This document shows, piece after piece, positions 35,486-49,619 of a stretch of DNA of 64,000 bases. The DNA is from the human T2T-CHM13v2.0 reference genome, Homo sapiens. Numbering within the stretch: position 1 is the stretch's first letter; the number at the start of each line of letters is the position of its first letter. The stretch is from assembly GCF_009914755.1 (NCBI RefSeq), contig NC_060933.1; one strand, written 5' to 3'. The notes under the pieces are model-generated. The model saw only the letters and a program-made list of their open reading frames with translations, was not told the DNA's origin and did no database searches. A program made the position numbers and the translations under genes.

Positions 35486-36874
35486 TTACCCAGAGTCTGA
35501 AGCAGAGATTGGTTGTGTGGCTATAAGTCTCTTGAGTGAGACAACCTCTGCAGATAAGTTTGCTATCCCCTGCTTCAAATACAAGTTCTCTGGGTCAGAA
35601 ACTTTGTAGCCACTGTCTTTCATTTCAACAACTCCAGTTTTGAAACTATTCTGAGTTTTGCCACTCAGTTCTTTTTGATGCCAGTGCTCCGATTTGAGAG
35701 ACCAATCTTGAATGTTAGTCACTTGCACTGAGAAAGGAGTAAGAGAAGAATGTACCATACTTGGGGCACTATGCTTTTCGAGTTCGAAATGTCTTTTAGA
35801 TGTCATGTCAATAGGTGAGGAAAGTTTTTGCGTGGCCTCAAATTCATTATCAAAGGCTTCTACTTTGATCTGCATGGCTTTGGCTTTGATCCGGAGCTTG
35901 TGTGGCAAGGCAGAGGAATTCACTTCTGGAACTTTAACCACAGTTGCATGCACATGCTTGAGTTCAACTGGAGAATGGATGGGGCCCTTGGGGACCTGTT
36001 GCTCGTCTTCTCCATCAGATGACTTTCCTACCACACCATCATCAGTTTCCGACGTTCTCGGGGAGTTGCTGGAGGATCGGTTGACTTGCAGTAGTGGGGG
36101 AGAGTGTGAGTACCCAGAGAAAGAATTCCCCATATAGTTTTGATAGATGGACGCTGTGTAAGAGCCTCGGTCATCTCTTGGCTCCCTTGTGTAGCTCTCT
36201 AATTCCATCGGCTCTTGCTTGATAATCTGGAACTTGTTTTCAGGACTTCTGCAGCTTCCCTGCACAGAGCTCTCCTGCGTGTGTTCTACTGAGGACACTT
36301 CTGAAACATCGGACAGCGAGCTTTGTGGAGAGTGTTTAATGACAGAAATACAACTACTTGACACCATCGAGGGTTCGTGCTCGTCCACAAATGAACTCAC
36401 ATTGGATTTGGAAGTCTGGTAATCTTGAAAGTACACAGCTGTAGAATTACTGAGTTTCTGAATCTCTTGAGCATATGCTGTGGAGCTAATTAAACCAAAC
36501 TTTAATTTTAGTGAAAGCAGCTCAGCTTTTAAAGTGGCGTTTTCTTCTCCCAGTGCAATTAGTTTGTTCTCTAAAACCAGGTCATTCAGTCGACGCTTCT
36601 CACGAGATCTTTTGGCAGCTTCATTATTTTTCCGCCTTTTTTCCCAATACATAGCATCTTTCTTTTCATCAGGAATGAATTCCCGTTTCCTCCGACATGC
36701 AGAAGATTTGTTCTTCCCCACACTTCCTTCACTGAGAAGCAGCTCCTCACCTGTTGTGGAGTCTTCTGACACTTCCGTTAAAGCAGAATTAAGGACCATC
36801 ATCTTGTCCACATTGCTACTGGCATCAAGAGACGCCTGCTCCTTTTTGACGGTCTGCATTTTTCTCAGCTGCAT
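35486..36874 (-). CDS. NFIL3: Nuclear factor interleukin-3-regulated protein (E4BP4), PAR-like bZIP transcriptional repressor, 462 aa, intronless CDS
   Basis: ORF track 35486..36883 starts at a TTG; first ATG is at 36874 ([13 protein letters not shown]...), giving 1389 nt. Basic region [35 protein letters not shown], then leucine zipper [31 protein letters not shown], repression region ...[21 protein letters not shown]-terminus ...QPISASDSG. Matches my recollection of human NFIL3. Confidence 0.99.
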   Translation of the reverse strand: MQLRKMQTVKKEQASLDASSNVDKMMVLNSALTEVSEDSTTGEELLLSEGSVGKNKSSACRRKREFIPDEKKDAMYWEKRRKNNEAAKRSREKRRLNDLVLENKLIALGEENATLKAELLSLKLKFGLISSTAYAQEIQKLSNSTAVYFQDYQTSKSNVSSFVDEHEPSMVSSSCISVIKHSPQSSLSDVSEVSSVEHTQESSVQGSCRSPENKFQIIKQEPMELESYTREPRDDRGSYTASIYQNYMGNSFSGYSHSPPLLQVNRSSSNSPRTSETDDGVVGKSSDGEDEQQVPKGPIHSPVELKHVHATVVKVPEVNSSALPHKLRIKAKAMQIKVEAFDNEFEATQKLSSPIDMTSKRHFELEKHSAPSMVHSSLTPFSVQVTNIQDWSLKSEHWHQKELSGKTQNSFKTGVVEMKDSGYKVSDPENLYLKQGIANLSAEVVSLKRLIATQPISASDSG

Positions 36875-36915
36875 CAGAAACAACCTTACCCTATCTATGT
36901 GTGTAGGAGAACAAA

Positions 36916-36966
36916 TTAATTTCCCCGTATTCTCAAGCTCTTTAAAAACTCTGGTTTAAAATCCAT
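36916..36966 (-). other. Upstream ORF in the NFIL3 5'UTR, 16 aa ([16 protein letters not shown])
   Basis: ATG at 36966-36964, TAA at 36918-36916, ending 41 nt before the main ATG. ORF read directly; translation not shown. Confidence 0.7.
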
Positions 36967-37960
36967 CAATATTCTTCCTTTTGTTCTACCGTCTGGGATA
37001 AATCCGTCAGGCTCCTTATTGAATGAAGTTGGGCCTCCTTCGTTATCTGCAATACATGAATAAAAAAAAAACCAGTTATTCACTGGATAAATGTTTATTA
37101 CAAATTATGTACAAGGAAATATGCTAAGCATTTAGGGCATACAAGCACAGATGAGGCATGGCCACAGTTCTTTCTTTCAACAAGTTAGCATTTTCAAAAA
37201 GGAAATAAGTTCCCAAATACCTAAACTATAAAGCTGTAAAGGACAAATCCCTAATGAGGCCTATCAGTAAGAGAATATGTGATCCAGGAAAGTGAGGGAA
37301 AAATAAAATAACCTCTGCCCAGAGAGAAGTAGAGGAAGGCTGTATTTAATGAGGCGAAATGGAGAAATAGTTGGGTGTGGGCAATTACAGGAAGGAAATG
37401 ACAGATAGCCTCTGGTTGGTAAGTTTCTAAACAGTACATGCATACCGTGGTGCTTCTAAATAATGTTACCTAATATTTACATCACTGCCAAGCAGATATG
37501 CTCACCTCTTAAAAGGGACTTTACCAAGTAAACTTTAACGTGAGTAAAAAAAAAGTTCTGCACTCCTATATGGAATAAAATACAAATGGAGACAAACTTC
37601 TTCTACAAAAACTAAAGTAAAAGCCACATTAACAACGGAGCTGTTGGTTTTAATCTACACCTTAACGTGGACATAAACCTGCCCATCACATCCTTGACTG
37701 CCTGGTAGGCTTATATCCCAGCAAATTCCACCAGGTGACTCACTGCAACTAAATGAAAAGGATTCTTCTCCATCAAGCCATCTCTTTACAAGCATCTGAG
37801 TTTAAGAGATTAGAATTTTTTTTTCTGATTCCTTTGAATTTGTTCTATCAAACATTCAAGATTGAAGTATCCAAAATGCTTTTTGTGATCTTGAAAATTC
37901 TGTCAAAATAGATTTCAGGTTTCAGTTACATAGTAGCTTTGAACTAAAAAACAGTTACTA

Positions 37961-39032
<1,072 letters not shown>

Positions 39033-39304
39033 CTATCTCCTTCTTACGCCTAGTTTCATAATGACTAATAAAATGAAGTTTACTTTTATCAATTGGAAAA
39101 GCCTGCCAGCTTCTTTTGTCTTTTCCAGGGAATGAAAGGAATTATGTAATAATTTCAGGATCATAAAGAATAATGTTTCATGCCAGGTTTTTGCCCATTA
39201 AACTGAGCCAACATAGTTAAGGGAACAGCTAGTCGTAACTCAGAGAAATTTGTGATTATTAATATCAAGTTTCTGTTTGTTTTTTGGTAATGAAACTTTA
39301 ATAG

Positions 39305-39714
<410 letters not shown>

Positions 39715-40266
39715 TAGGTTTTGTCCTCTAATATGAAAACCCAGTTTCCTTTACATATTGAATGGATTCTTTCCTCTGTTGAAGTCTGCACTCTGCCATT
39801 CAGCAAAGTCCTCCTGCTAAAGTAAAATGAGTGGAGAAGTAAAGAGGAAGATATCCCAGTTAAAGAAGACAATTGCACTGACCTTTCCCAAGGCACCTTT
39901 CAAATCTCCACTATACTCTTGGCCACTACTTTTTTCCACTTTTAGTTTTTAAACATCATATGATCCCTTGCAGACTATTATTCTGGTTATTTTCTCCACC
40001 TGAGAATCTTTCTCTTCCATGTGTTATCTTATTTGTTCCTTCTTAAAAAAAAAATCAGATTCCTTTATTTTGCCTCACTTACTAGATTTACAGTAATGCT
40101 TTTGAAATGCCCCACCATTCTGTCTGCCTTAGTTACTCTTCCTAAACTTCTAGGACCTTTTCAAGGTTGGGGCCCAATTGGGAAGGAGCCTTCACAATAG
40201 GTCCTATTTCTATTTAACTGAAATAGCCCCATTTGTCTTAAAATTTCCTTAACTCATGTCTTCTAG

Positions 40267-40693
<427 letters not shown>

Positions 40694-41174
40694 ACCTCAT
40701 TTGTTTTTAATCATCTTCTTCCTATTTGAATTTCATGGCATGTCACTATAAATCTGTGATTCTGCTCTCATCTGTATGTATTACATTCATGGTCTCTACA
40801 ACTCAATGGCAAATCACCACACTATCTTAGGATATTTTCTGTAATATTATCTATCAAATAATCTTGCAGTGTTGAAAAGAGTTTATCAGCATTATGGGAT
40901 GATACGGAGACAGGCACAATCATATACACTGTGTGTGTTTCCACGTGTTTGTCTTTTGTGCCCAACTACACTGCGAATTACTTCAGGGCGGAAATTAAAA
41001 TATACTTGTCTTCTAGCAAAAACCTGAAGATATTAGGTGCTCAACATTTCATTGACAGTCACCCATATACCTTATATAAGAGAGTTTTGTAAACAGAAAA
41101 CTTTTTTGATGCTTTCTTTTTAATGTTATGTGAATTGTAAAGAAGATATTTTACTTATTAACAGAGAGATTCTC

Positions 41175-41600
41175 TTATTCATTAATTTGTTTATTCAACA
41201 CATATGGAGCACCTACTGTGTACTGGGCACAAGGGGAGACTAGGGGCACATAAAGAGGGAGAGAAAAACCAAACTCCCGAGACCAGGCGCTCAGTCGTGG
41301 GTGGGTGGGAGACAAACAGGTGAGCAGAGGGGAACCAGGTGTGAGTGCAGAGTTGCACAAACATGGGCCTGGGGTGCAGGCTTTCTTCTTGTCATGGAGA
41401 TAATAACAAAAACAATCATAATTGGTGCCATTTATTGAACACTTACCACAGAATGGGCACTGGGAGCCTGACCTGCTTTCTTTCATTCACTTCTGGTGAC
41501 AATTTTCAGATAAGAAAACTAAGGCTCAGAGAAGTCAAGTGACTTGCCCAGTGTCACATAGCTAAATGGCAGAGCGTACATTCAGGCCCAGTTCCTTTAC
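41175..41600. mobile_element. L2 and MIR fragments
   Basis: TTCAACACATATGGAGCACCTACTGTG (L2); AGAAAACTAAGGCTCAGAGAAGTCAAGTGACTTGCCCA (MIR). Confidence 0.7.
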
Positions 41601-41711
41601 TCTCTCCTACACTTTCACAGGTGGTTCTGCATCTTTGCAATGCAGTCTCATTTACACACAGTTCTCTTTTGTGTCACTTTCATTTCTGAGTAATACATAC
41701 CCTTTTACTAA

Positions 41712-42074
<363 letters not shown>

Positions 42075-43999
42075 TAGATGCTGTCTTAACTTCTTTAGCC
42101 AGCAAAGATACTATCTAGAACTTTTCTCCATCCTCCTTAGATGTTTCAGATCTGGCACTATTTATGAATTGAGAAAACATTTTATTAATTTTCATATCTT
42201 TACTAAAATTTTAACCTCCTGGCCATTCTAATTATGTTAAATAGAGAAAAAGAAATATGATAGCTGTGGACATTGTCACCTATGATCTTCTTCTTTTTTT
42301 TTTTTTTTTAACAAATCCAAGAGTGTAATCTGTTTTCAACATGAGGCGGGGGACAGTGTCTCTCTGACCCTCTCATTTTGCAGATTAATCAGCTAGAAGA
42401 CAGGCTGACCTTCCCAAGACCACACAGCAGTTGGGCACAGATGGGCTCTGAGCTCTCCTTATGCCCCTCAACAATGAACTTAAAGCAAATGCAAAAGTAG
42501 TTTACGATGCCTTCAAAAAGCCTCAGGATTTATGCTAACCTAACAAATTTATTTCAAGCCTCAATATTTTCCCTTATGATTAATTTAACAATTACTTCAT
42601 CTATGCATCATCTTTTCAAATCAACATCTAATGTTGTGGTATATTAGTCATTGCTTAAGTTTCTTTTTTGGTGAATAATTGACACTACATGCCAATTCTA
42701 TGATGTTAGTGTATTCAGCACGATTAACTTCATTACACACATTAGATGATATGACTCTCCTTGAAAACACAAATAAAAAAGAGAAATTTAAGAGCAGGTA
42801 TTATTACCTACCAGTTGACATATTTTTCCATACATACTCTGAAGGTGCCATCACTAATTAATGCTTTTGTATAGTCCATCACACTACTTCTCTAAGCAAG
42901 AATTATATAGCAAGAATTATATTTCATAAGCCCAGATTTTTAAAGTTTAAGTCAGATTACCCTATTGTTTTTAATTAAGTACAAGATTTGATTTAGAAAA
43001 TTCTATAAAAGAATATAACCTCATAACAATAATTCTAGACCAAATTTATCCTTGAGGAGTTATCTCATTAGTTATGTTTATGATAGACCTTTATCTTCCC
43101 TGGTCTCTCCCAGAACTAATGTTTAACAATCCAAGCTCCACAAAAGAAAAGAATAAACATGCTTTGTTTCAATCATCTGAAATCTTACTAATAGTCTAAA
43201 CATTAAAATCTACTCTGAGAACATTTTGTTATTAATTATCTATAAAGGGTAAGTTTTATTGCAAATTGCAATATATATTTTGTTTTTAAAATTCTGTCAA
43301 TAGAAGATGAAATACTATTTGATATGCCCAATGATTTGGAAACATTATAGAATTATCTTATTTTCCCTCTACTCTCTGAATGTATTGTTTTCTCCCTGTT
43401 ATATAATACAGATAACAGTAAAGGAAAAAAAAATGTCTTCAAGGTAAACCTAAGTTATGTTAAACTGTAAGCCACCTCTCCAGTAAGACAGCAGATGCTT
43501 ATTTTTTAGATAAATGTCATTTTCATGAAAAAATCAAATCAATTAATCAATTCACATCTCTTTATACTTTTAAAGTATGAATACTAGCAATATGTTAACC
43601 CTACATTTTCTTCCTGTGGGTAAAATTCACAGTATCTGCGTCAATGAAATGCTTTACTTCTTTTCATGGATGAGAAAACAATCTAGTATTTAAAAGCAGA
43701 GATGAAATAAGAAAAGAATTCACTATACATGTACAACCCAGAGGAAATGGGGAGTGAAAAAACTCAGTCAGAAAACACCGAAGTTGCAAGAGAATTTTCT
43801 AATCCCGTTGAAAAAGAGAAGGATTTTTAAACTGAGAAAACTATGTTAAACCTCTCTAAGGGCCATTCTGTCCCCAAGAAGCAGCTTACCCCAAAGTTAG
43901 AGAGAAATGTGCACTTGATCAAGACAGGCAAGACGCACACACACACATACACACACACTCTCGCACACTGCCAGAATCTATTCTATCATAGCAACAAAT

Positions 44000-44010
44000 T
44001 GACCTACTTT
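44000..44010 (-). promoter_or_regulatory. Consensus RORE (AAAGTAGGTCA) in intron 1
   Basis: Exact match to WAWNTRGGTCA. NFIL3 is an established ROR/REV-ERB clock output gene. Confidence 0.45.
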
Positions 44011-45719
44011 TTCTATTTGGGTGCCTCTGTAAATAAATGTGTCAAAGCCTGATCCAGTTTATGATAAATGAAAATATTTCAAGTTCGACAAAGGACTAGC
44101 TGAAAATTAAATTTAAATTTAATAAATACGATGACAACATTGCATTTTATTACATCACTGATGTAATTTAAGTAATTGAAATATGAAATAGCATAACTTA
44201 ACATTCTTCTTTAAGAGGTCGTCAGTGTTTGAAACTTAATACACAATTAAATTATTCTGAAGCCTGCACAGAGTAAGCACATACACGCTAGCACGACCAA
44301 TTAACTGCACAGCTTGAGAAATAAGAACAGCTCTCACTAAAGATGGGTAGTAACATGGGGGAAAAACAGAACAGTAATAATTTTTTAAAAATCTATAGAA
44401 ACTTAAATGTGGGGACTATTAATATCTTGAAACTTCTGAAAAGATAACTGATCAGTGTAGCAACTAATCTGAAATCTTACAAGGACACCAACAATCACAA
44501 AGTAACCCAGTTGTAGAAAATTCCCCAATGAATAAGTAATACATGCAACATGGTGTAATGATGGCAAAAATGGTGGGCTAAGGGGACAGTCAGGCTGAGA
44601 AAATTCTTGAAAGTTTCTAATGATAATGTAGAATCATCCCAACTTGCTTCACTTGGCTTTTTAATTTCTTTTTCCACTTTTCCAGTCAGTGGATGATTAT
44701 AAATGTCATTTTCTACCTTATGAATAGAGTGGATTTTCAAATGCTTATTTGTAGTGTTTATTTGAAGGCCAGTTAATTACAGTTTAAGACCCCTAAAAAG
44801 CTAATTAATAAAAGACATCATGTTCTGATAACTAAAAGGCTTATAAACATCATTCTGAGTCCTATGAAACTGAGTCCTCAAAGCACAGATTAATAACAAA
44901 TGGCATCTAGCAAATCTCTAGTAAACTTTCTTATCATAAAAACAAGTTTATGCTCTATTATTAAAGCCATATGAGAAACAGTTTTGGGTGTTTTTTTTTT
45001 TTAACTACAGTAAAGTTACTTACAAAGAAATGTGAAAGATAACTGGGGTAGTAGTAATAAAAATTCATTTTGAAACTGAAAAATTCATATTGTAATGTCT
45101 GTGATCAAAGGTCAACGTCTTTCAACATTCTCATACAAGTCCAACCTGGATAGAAATCAACTCAAATATAATTTAGAAAAATAACAGGATATCAAACAAT
45201 GTATTAAACCCTGTGAAATACAGGCATACCTTACAAAAACAAGAAATGAATATTAAAGGCAATTTCAATTACATTGTTTCTGTTATATTTTGAATTGAAT
45301 CCCAAGTGTGCTCTCATTCCTCAATACAAATTAAAAATAAACAACTTTAACAGCATCAATGGCATCTGGATTACAATGGAAATCATGAAGTATATGAGTT
45401 TAACCTGGGTAAAAATAAAGCCCAGGCAATATGACTGCACCTTTTCCATTCCATGCTGCAATCGCATTTACATCTCGAAATTGACTCTAATGACCAAGGC
45501 AAGGTCAACTAGAAAAATCCACTCAGCTGGTGAGTCAGGCACATTGCTCAACGTCCGAAAGGCCTCTCACAAAGGGTTTTAATTTTCAGGCTGTTGCATC
45601 ACAGTGATGTTATAACTGCACTGCACAAAAATAAGTCTTTAACCCAGAAAAGGAAATTGTTTCAAAAACTACAGTGAGTGTGAGAATACACTTTGTTGAG
45701 GTGCAAATTTCCCCATCTG

Positions 45720-45860
45720 GTTTTCAGGCTCTGCGACCTGGGCTGCAAATTCATTTCTCTGAGTTTCCATTTCCTCATCTATGAAATGTGGATGATAACA
45801 GAGCCCCTCAACACTGTGCCTGGCACATGCAGAGTATGTGTTTAGTAAATACTAACTCTT
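45720..45860 (+). mobile_element. MIR fragment
   Basis: TTCTCTGAG...TTTCCTCATCTATGAAATG core. Confidence 0.6.
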
Positions 45861-46483
45861 TATCTCTTTTCTGAAGAATGATCAGTATCAAAAGGCAACG
45901 ATGCCTATCAGTTCCAGGCTGTTTTTGCTGCTCGTGACTCTTACTGAAGCCCTGACCTATGTCGCAAGTGTAAGGGTAAACCAAATGAAAATTTGGTCAA
46001 AAGGGTCAAATATCAACAGTTTCACAGGACTGGCCTTAGTTTTCAGGCTACATATACCCCCTACAAGAGAGCTTATCTGTGGGGTCTCACCATCCACTGC
46101 TGATCTCAGACCACAAAGTTTTAGATAGAGAAATCATCCAAGCTACAGAAAATGAGTCACAGAATGTGTAAGGGAATTGGAAAAAGCTGAGCTATTAATA
46201 TGGCAATTGTCACTTCATTCCTGCTACTATAATCGACTCATCTCTCTATTCCTTCAAGCAGCTCCCCAAAACATTAACCCAATGACTTGGGAAGTTTGAG
46301 GTTCTGCAATCCTGTCAGGAATTCCCCTCAAACTGAAATTAACATTGAACACGATGGCAAATTAAAAAATATATATATTATTAGAACAAAAAAAGTATCT
46401 CAAGAAAGATCTTACAGACTTAATTCCAACACGAATCCTTACTGTTACTGCGAAGAGATTTACAAAGAGAAAAATGAAGGTAA

Positions 46484-46486
<3 letters not shown>

Positions 46487-46530
<44 letters not shown>
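46487..46530. repeat. (CA)22 microsatellite in intron 1
   Basis: Direct reading. Confidence 0.95.
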
Positions 46531-46532
<2 letters not shown>

Positions 46533-47269
46533 TTCTGGTTCCTGATCAATAACACAGGAAACATTTATTGAACTCCTCACAACCAACTAAGTCAACAGGT
46601 TTTATTCCCTCAGTTTACCCTGGAGAGTGATGGAAATCAGGACAGTGTTGGAAGATAACAAGCTGGGGCCTGGGACCCAGGGTTCTTGTGAGCCCAGGGC
46701 CTGCGCTCTTAGGATCTGTACCTCACCGAAACCTGTTCTCTAACTACTGCCTGTAACAGGAGGGAAACTGATTAGGGATAGCGGTGTAGGGTATGATGCC
46801 AAAGAAAGCAAGTTTTCGGTCAGTTTTCAACAAAGAGCAGATTGCGTTGATATGCTTCAGGAGAACATCTGTGATGTCTCCATGAATTACTGCATGGGTA
46901 CAATCTTGGAAGTCTTTATGCGAGGATGAAAGTACTGTAGTTTTACAGTAGGACAGCAGCGTCTATGTGGGCGTTTAGATTTTATTTTGAACTCTGGAGA
47001 TCAGTGTTCTCTCTCCTCTAGCCTTTGACCACATAAATTAAAGGTTAAAAAAAATCGGCTCAACTCAACTGGCCAAAGTCAAGCTGAGGCCTTCCTTTTA
47101 ATCACTATCAATACTGGAGCGCCTCCACCCCCAATTTCTGTGGCCGGTGGACGTTTGGAGGATTTTCTTAAGGTCTTTTTCACTTCAAGAATGGAGACGC
47201 GCTTGGTTCCGAAATACAATGAAGACTCTTGGAACAAAGGTGTCTGCAGGTTTCTGAACCTCACCGCAG

Positions 47270-47860
47270 AACAGGCGCGGAGTCAGGCCCCTGGATTTGC
47301 CCTGTTGGAAGGAGGGCCGCGGAGACGCAGGCGCTCCGGGTCGCCCGCGCTGCCCCTGTCTGCCCCGTGCGGGAGCCGGGGTCCCTGGCTCCCTGGCTCC
47401 CTGGCTCCCGCGGCCCGGGCGAACCCAGAGCGCACCCGTACGCCGGCCCCGGCCGGTCCCTAGCGCCCGGGCTCCACGGGCCGCGCCCCCACGCGGCGCC
47501 TCCCAGAGACCCTCCTCCCTCCGGGTGGGCGGCGCAGCGGGGCCTCGGCGCCGCGAGGACCCCCCGCGCCAGAACAAAGGAATGTGGGGAGGGGGCAGGG
47601 AGGAGCTCAGGCCACTGAGCAGCCCCAGTATAACTGCCGTTCGGAGGCGCTTCTCGGTCCCGACCCGAGGTCCCCGCCCGCCACTACCAGACCCGCCCCC
47701 AGCCCCGGATTCTCGCAGACCCCACCGGCCCGCAGGAGGGAGCGGCGCACTGGGGGCCGCACGGACTCGCCATTGGAGATCGCGATCGGAAGGTGGCGCC
47801 ACGCGGCCCCTACAGGCCTGGGACTCCCACCCGAGCTCGCAAAGTAGGTCGGGGTCTGAA
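47270..47860. promoter_or_regulatory. Second, intronic CpG island in NFIL3 intron 1
   Basis: ~600 bp of CpG-rich sequence with GC boxes, separated from the main island by ~1.7 kb of AT-rich, repeat-free DNA. Confidence 0.85.
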
Positions 47861-49619
47861 GCTGGGGGCCTAGAGCAACTAGCTTCTTGGAAAGCGACTG
47901 CAATTATTTGGGGTAATATACTCTGTTCCAGAGACGTCCACCCCCCACCTCCCACAAAAAAAAACCCTGCACTTAATTTAAATGTTACGTTATATATACA
48001 TCCCATCATATACATATATTCACACATAATCACTATGTAACAGTCCAGGAAGAAATTTAATATTTGGGTAAATTACATATTCACACATCTTCACATAAGT
48101 AAAACCAGGGTATCCAGACAAAAAAACAATCTACTAACCTATATCTGTTTCCCATAGGTCATATCTGGTCTGGGGGTAAATAAATACTTCTGACCTCACT
48201 TACTGTTGTTATTTACAAAAGCCAAGAACAGAAGATGACACTTGGCCATTCCCTGCTGTTCTCAGAGAACAGCAGTTTCCTAAAGTGTCCTTTAAAAACA
48301 TAAATGGGAGCCAGCATCCAGCAAATCACCGGGCGCTGCGAAATGCCTTCCTAAAAATACAATCTTATCAAAGGTCTCCGAAGGCGTGGAGTTAAAACTA
48401 CAGCAAATGGCCTTGAACTTGTATTTGCACACAGCCCTGGAGAAAACACCAGAAATAGCACTGCGAGGCCACAATTGTTAAAATGTGATAGGGCTAAATT
48501 TAGAAGAACGTGCGTTTCATTTAGGGCAAAAGACACACATTCGGCAGCATGAGCAAACTCCATGCTTACCCGGTTGTCTACTTTCCTGTTTAAAATATCC
48601 TTAAGGAAAAAAAAAAACTGTTATAGTGACATTCTTAAAGGCTGAGACTGTCCTACTTTCTTTGTAGCAAGATTATAAAATCACGTAATTAGCTCCCTCT
48701 CTCTATGCTCACTGCCAGCAAATTCGGCAGTTACATAATGCAACATTTCCAGGAAACTATTATGTGATTTGTCTTGTCGTGTCTGAAAAAGCAATGACAA
48801 TAAGGTGAGAAAAAGGGCTGATCGAATGGAATGCATTAAAATTAGGAAGGTGGGGAGGTAAACGTCACAATGGTTCGTCCCAGATTTAAAAATAACAGCT
48901 GAGAACATTGAAAGGGCGAACCCCAGTAGTACCCAAGATCAGAATTCAATGCGAGCAATTCTTGCTTTTAGGTTTTGTAGTATCGTTTTAAAACCTGTTT
49001 ATTTGGGACGTAATATAGACGTAAATAACGATCTAATATCCAACGCTGCGCCTCAATTACCAAATCATTGCACACATACGCGCATATTCCCACATCAGCC
49101 CGCAATTCTTGCCAACATTTCACCGTGGGCAGATTATGCAATGTATGAAAGGACAAATCCCACAACCTTCCCGAGGGCTTGTAAAACACGCTGACGACAA
49201 ACAGGGTGGAAAACGTCTGTGCAGACACAGCCCCTGACACAAACAAACGCCGCGCAGGCATTCTCCGAATGCCGTCACCGTTCACGCTACCAACCCTTTT
49301 TCTCACCAAGCAAATTAAGACTATTCCCCATTCCTCAACCCCCCATTCCTCTCCCCCCTACGCCGCCAGCCCCAGAGAAGGAACGAGAAAGAAAGACACT
49401 AGAGAGGAAAGAGCATCTTCCCGCTCGGAGAGGGCTCAGCCTGCCTGGCGCTCTTCTTTACCAAAACATCAATTTTCCTGAAATCAGGAGACATTATGCA
49501 ACAGCAGCGGGGGGAGAGCGCAAACCAGCCAGGACTACGTGCCGGCGCGAAGGCGCTGCAATCAAAGCAGCCACCTTAAGGTGGCGAGTCCCATCCTGAC
49601 AAGGCAGCAAAAGTTTATG

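Larger units (their letters stand above)
35186..37046 (-). other. NFIL3: NFIL3 exon 2 (172-nt 5'UTR part, CDS, ~300-nt 3'UTR)
   Basis: Minus-strand acceptor TTTTTTTTTATTCATGTATTGCAG|ATAACG (AG at 37048-37047). 3' end inferred ~20 nt past AATAAA. Confidence 0.92.

Noticed and set aside
36875-36883. 465-aa NFIL3 start (MFL-) given in the ORF track
   Set aside because: Begins at TTG; the first ATG gives the known 462-aa protein.
35712-36959. Plus-strand ORFs of 141 and 159 aa overlapping NFIL3
   Set aside because: Antisense shadows of the real CDS with no recognisable domain.
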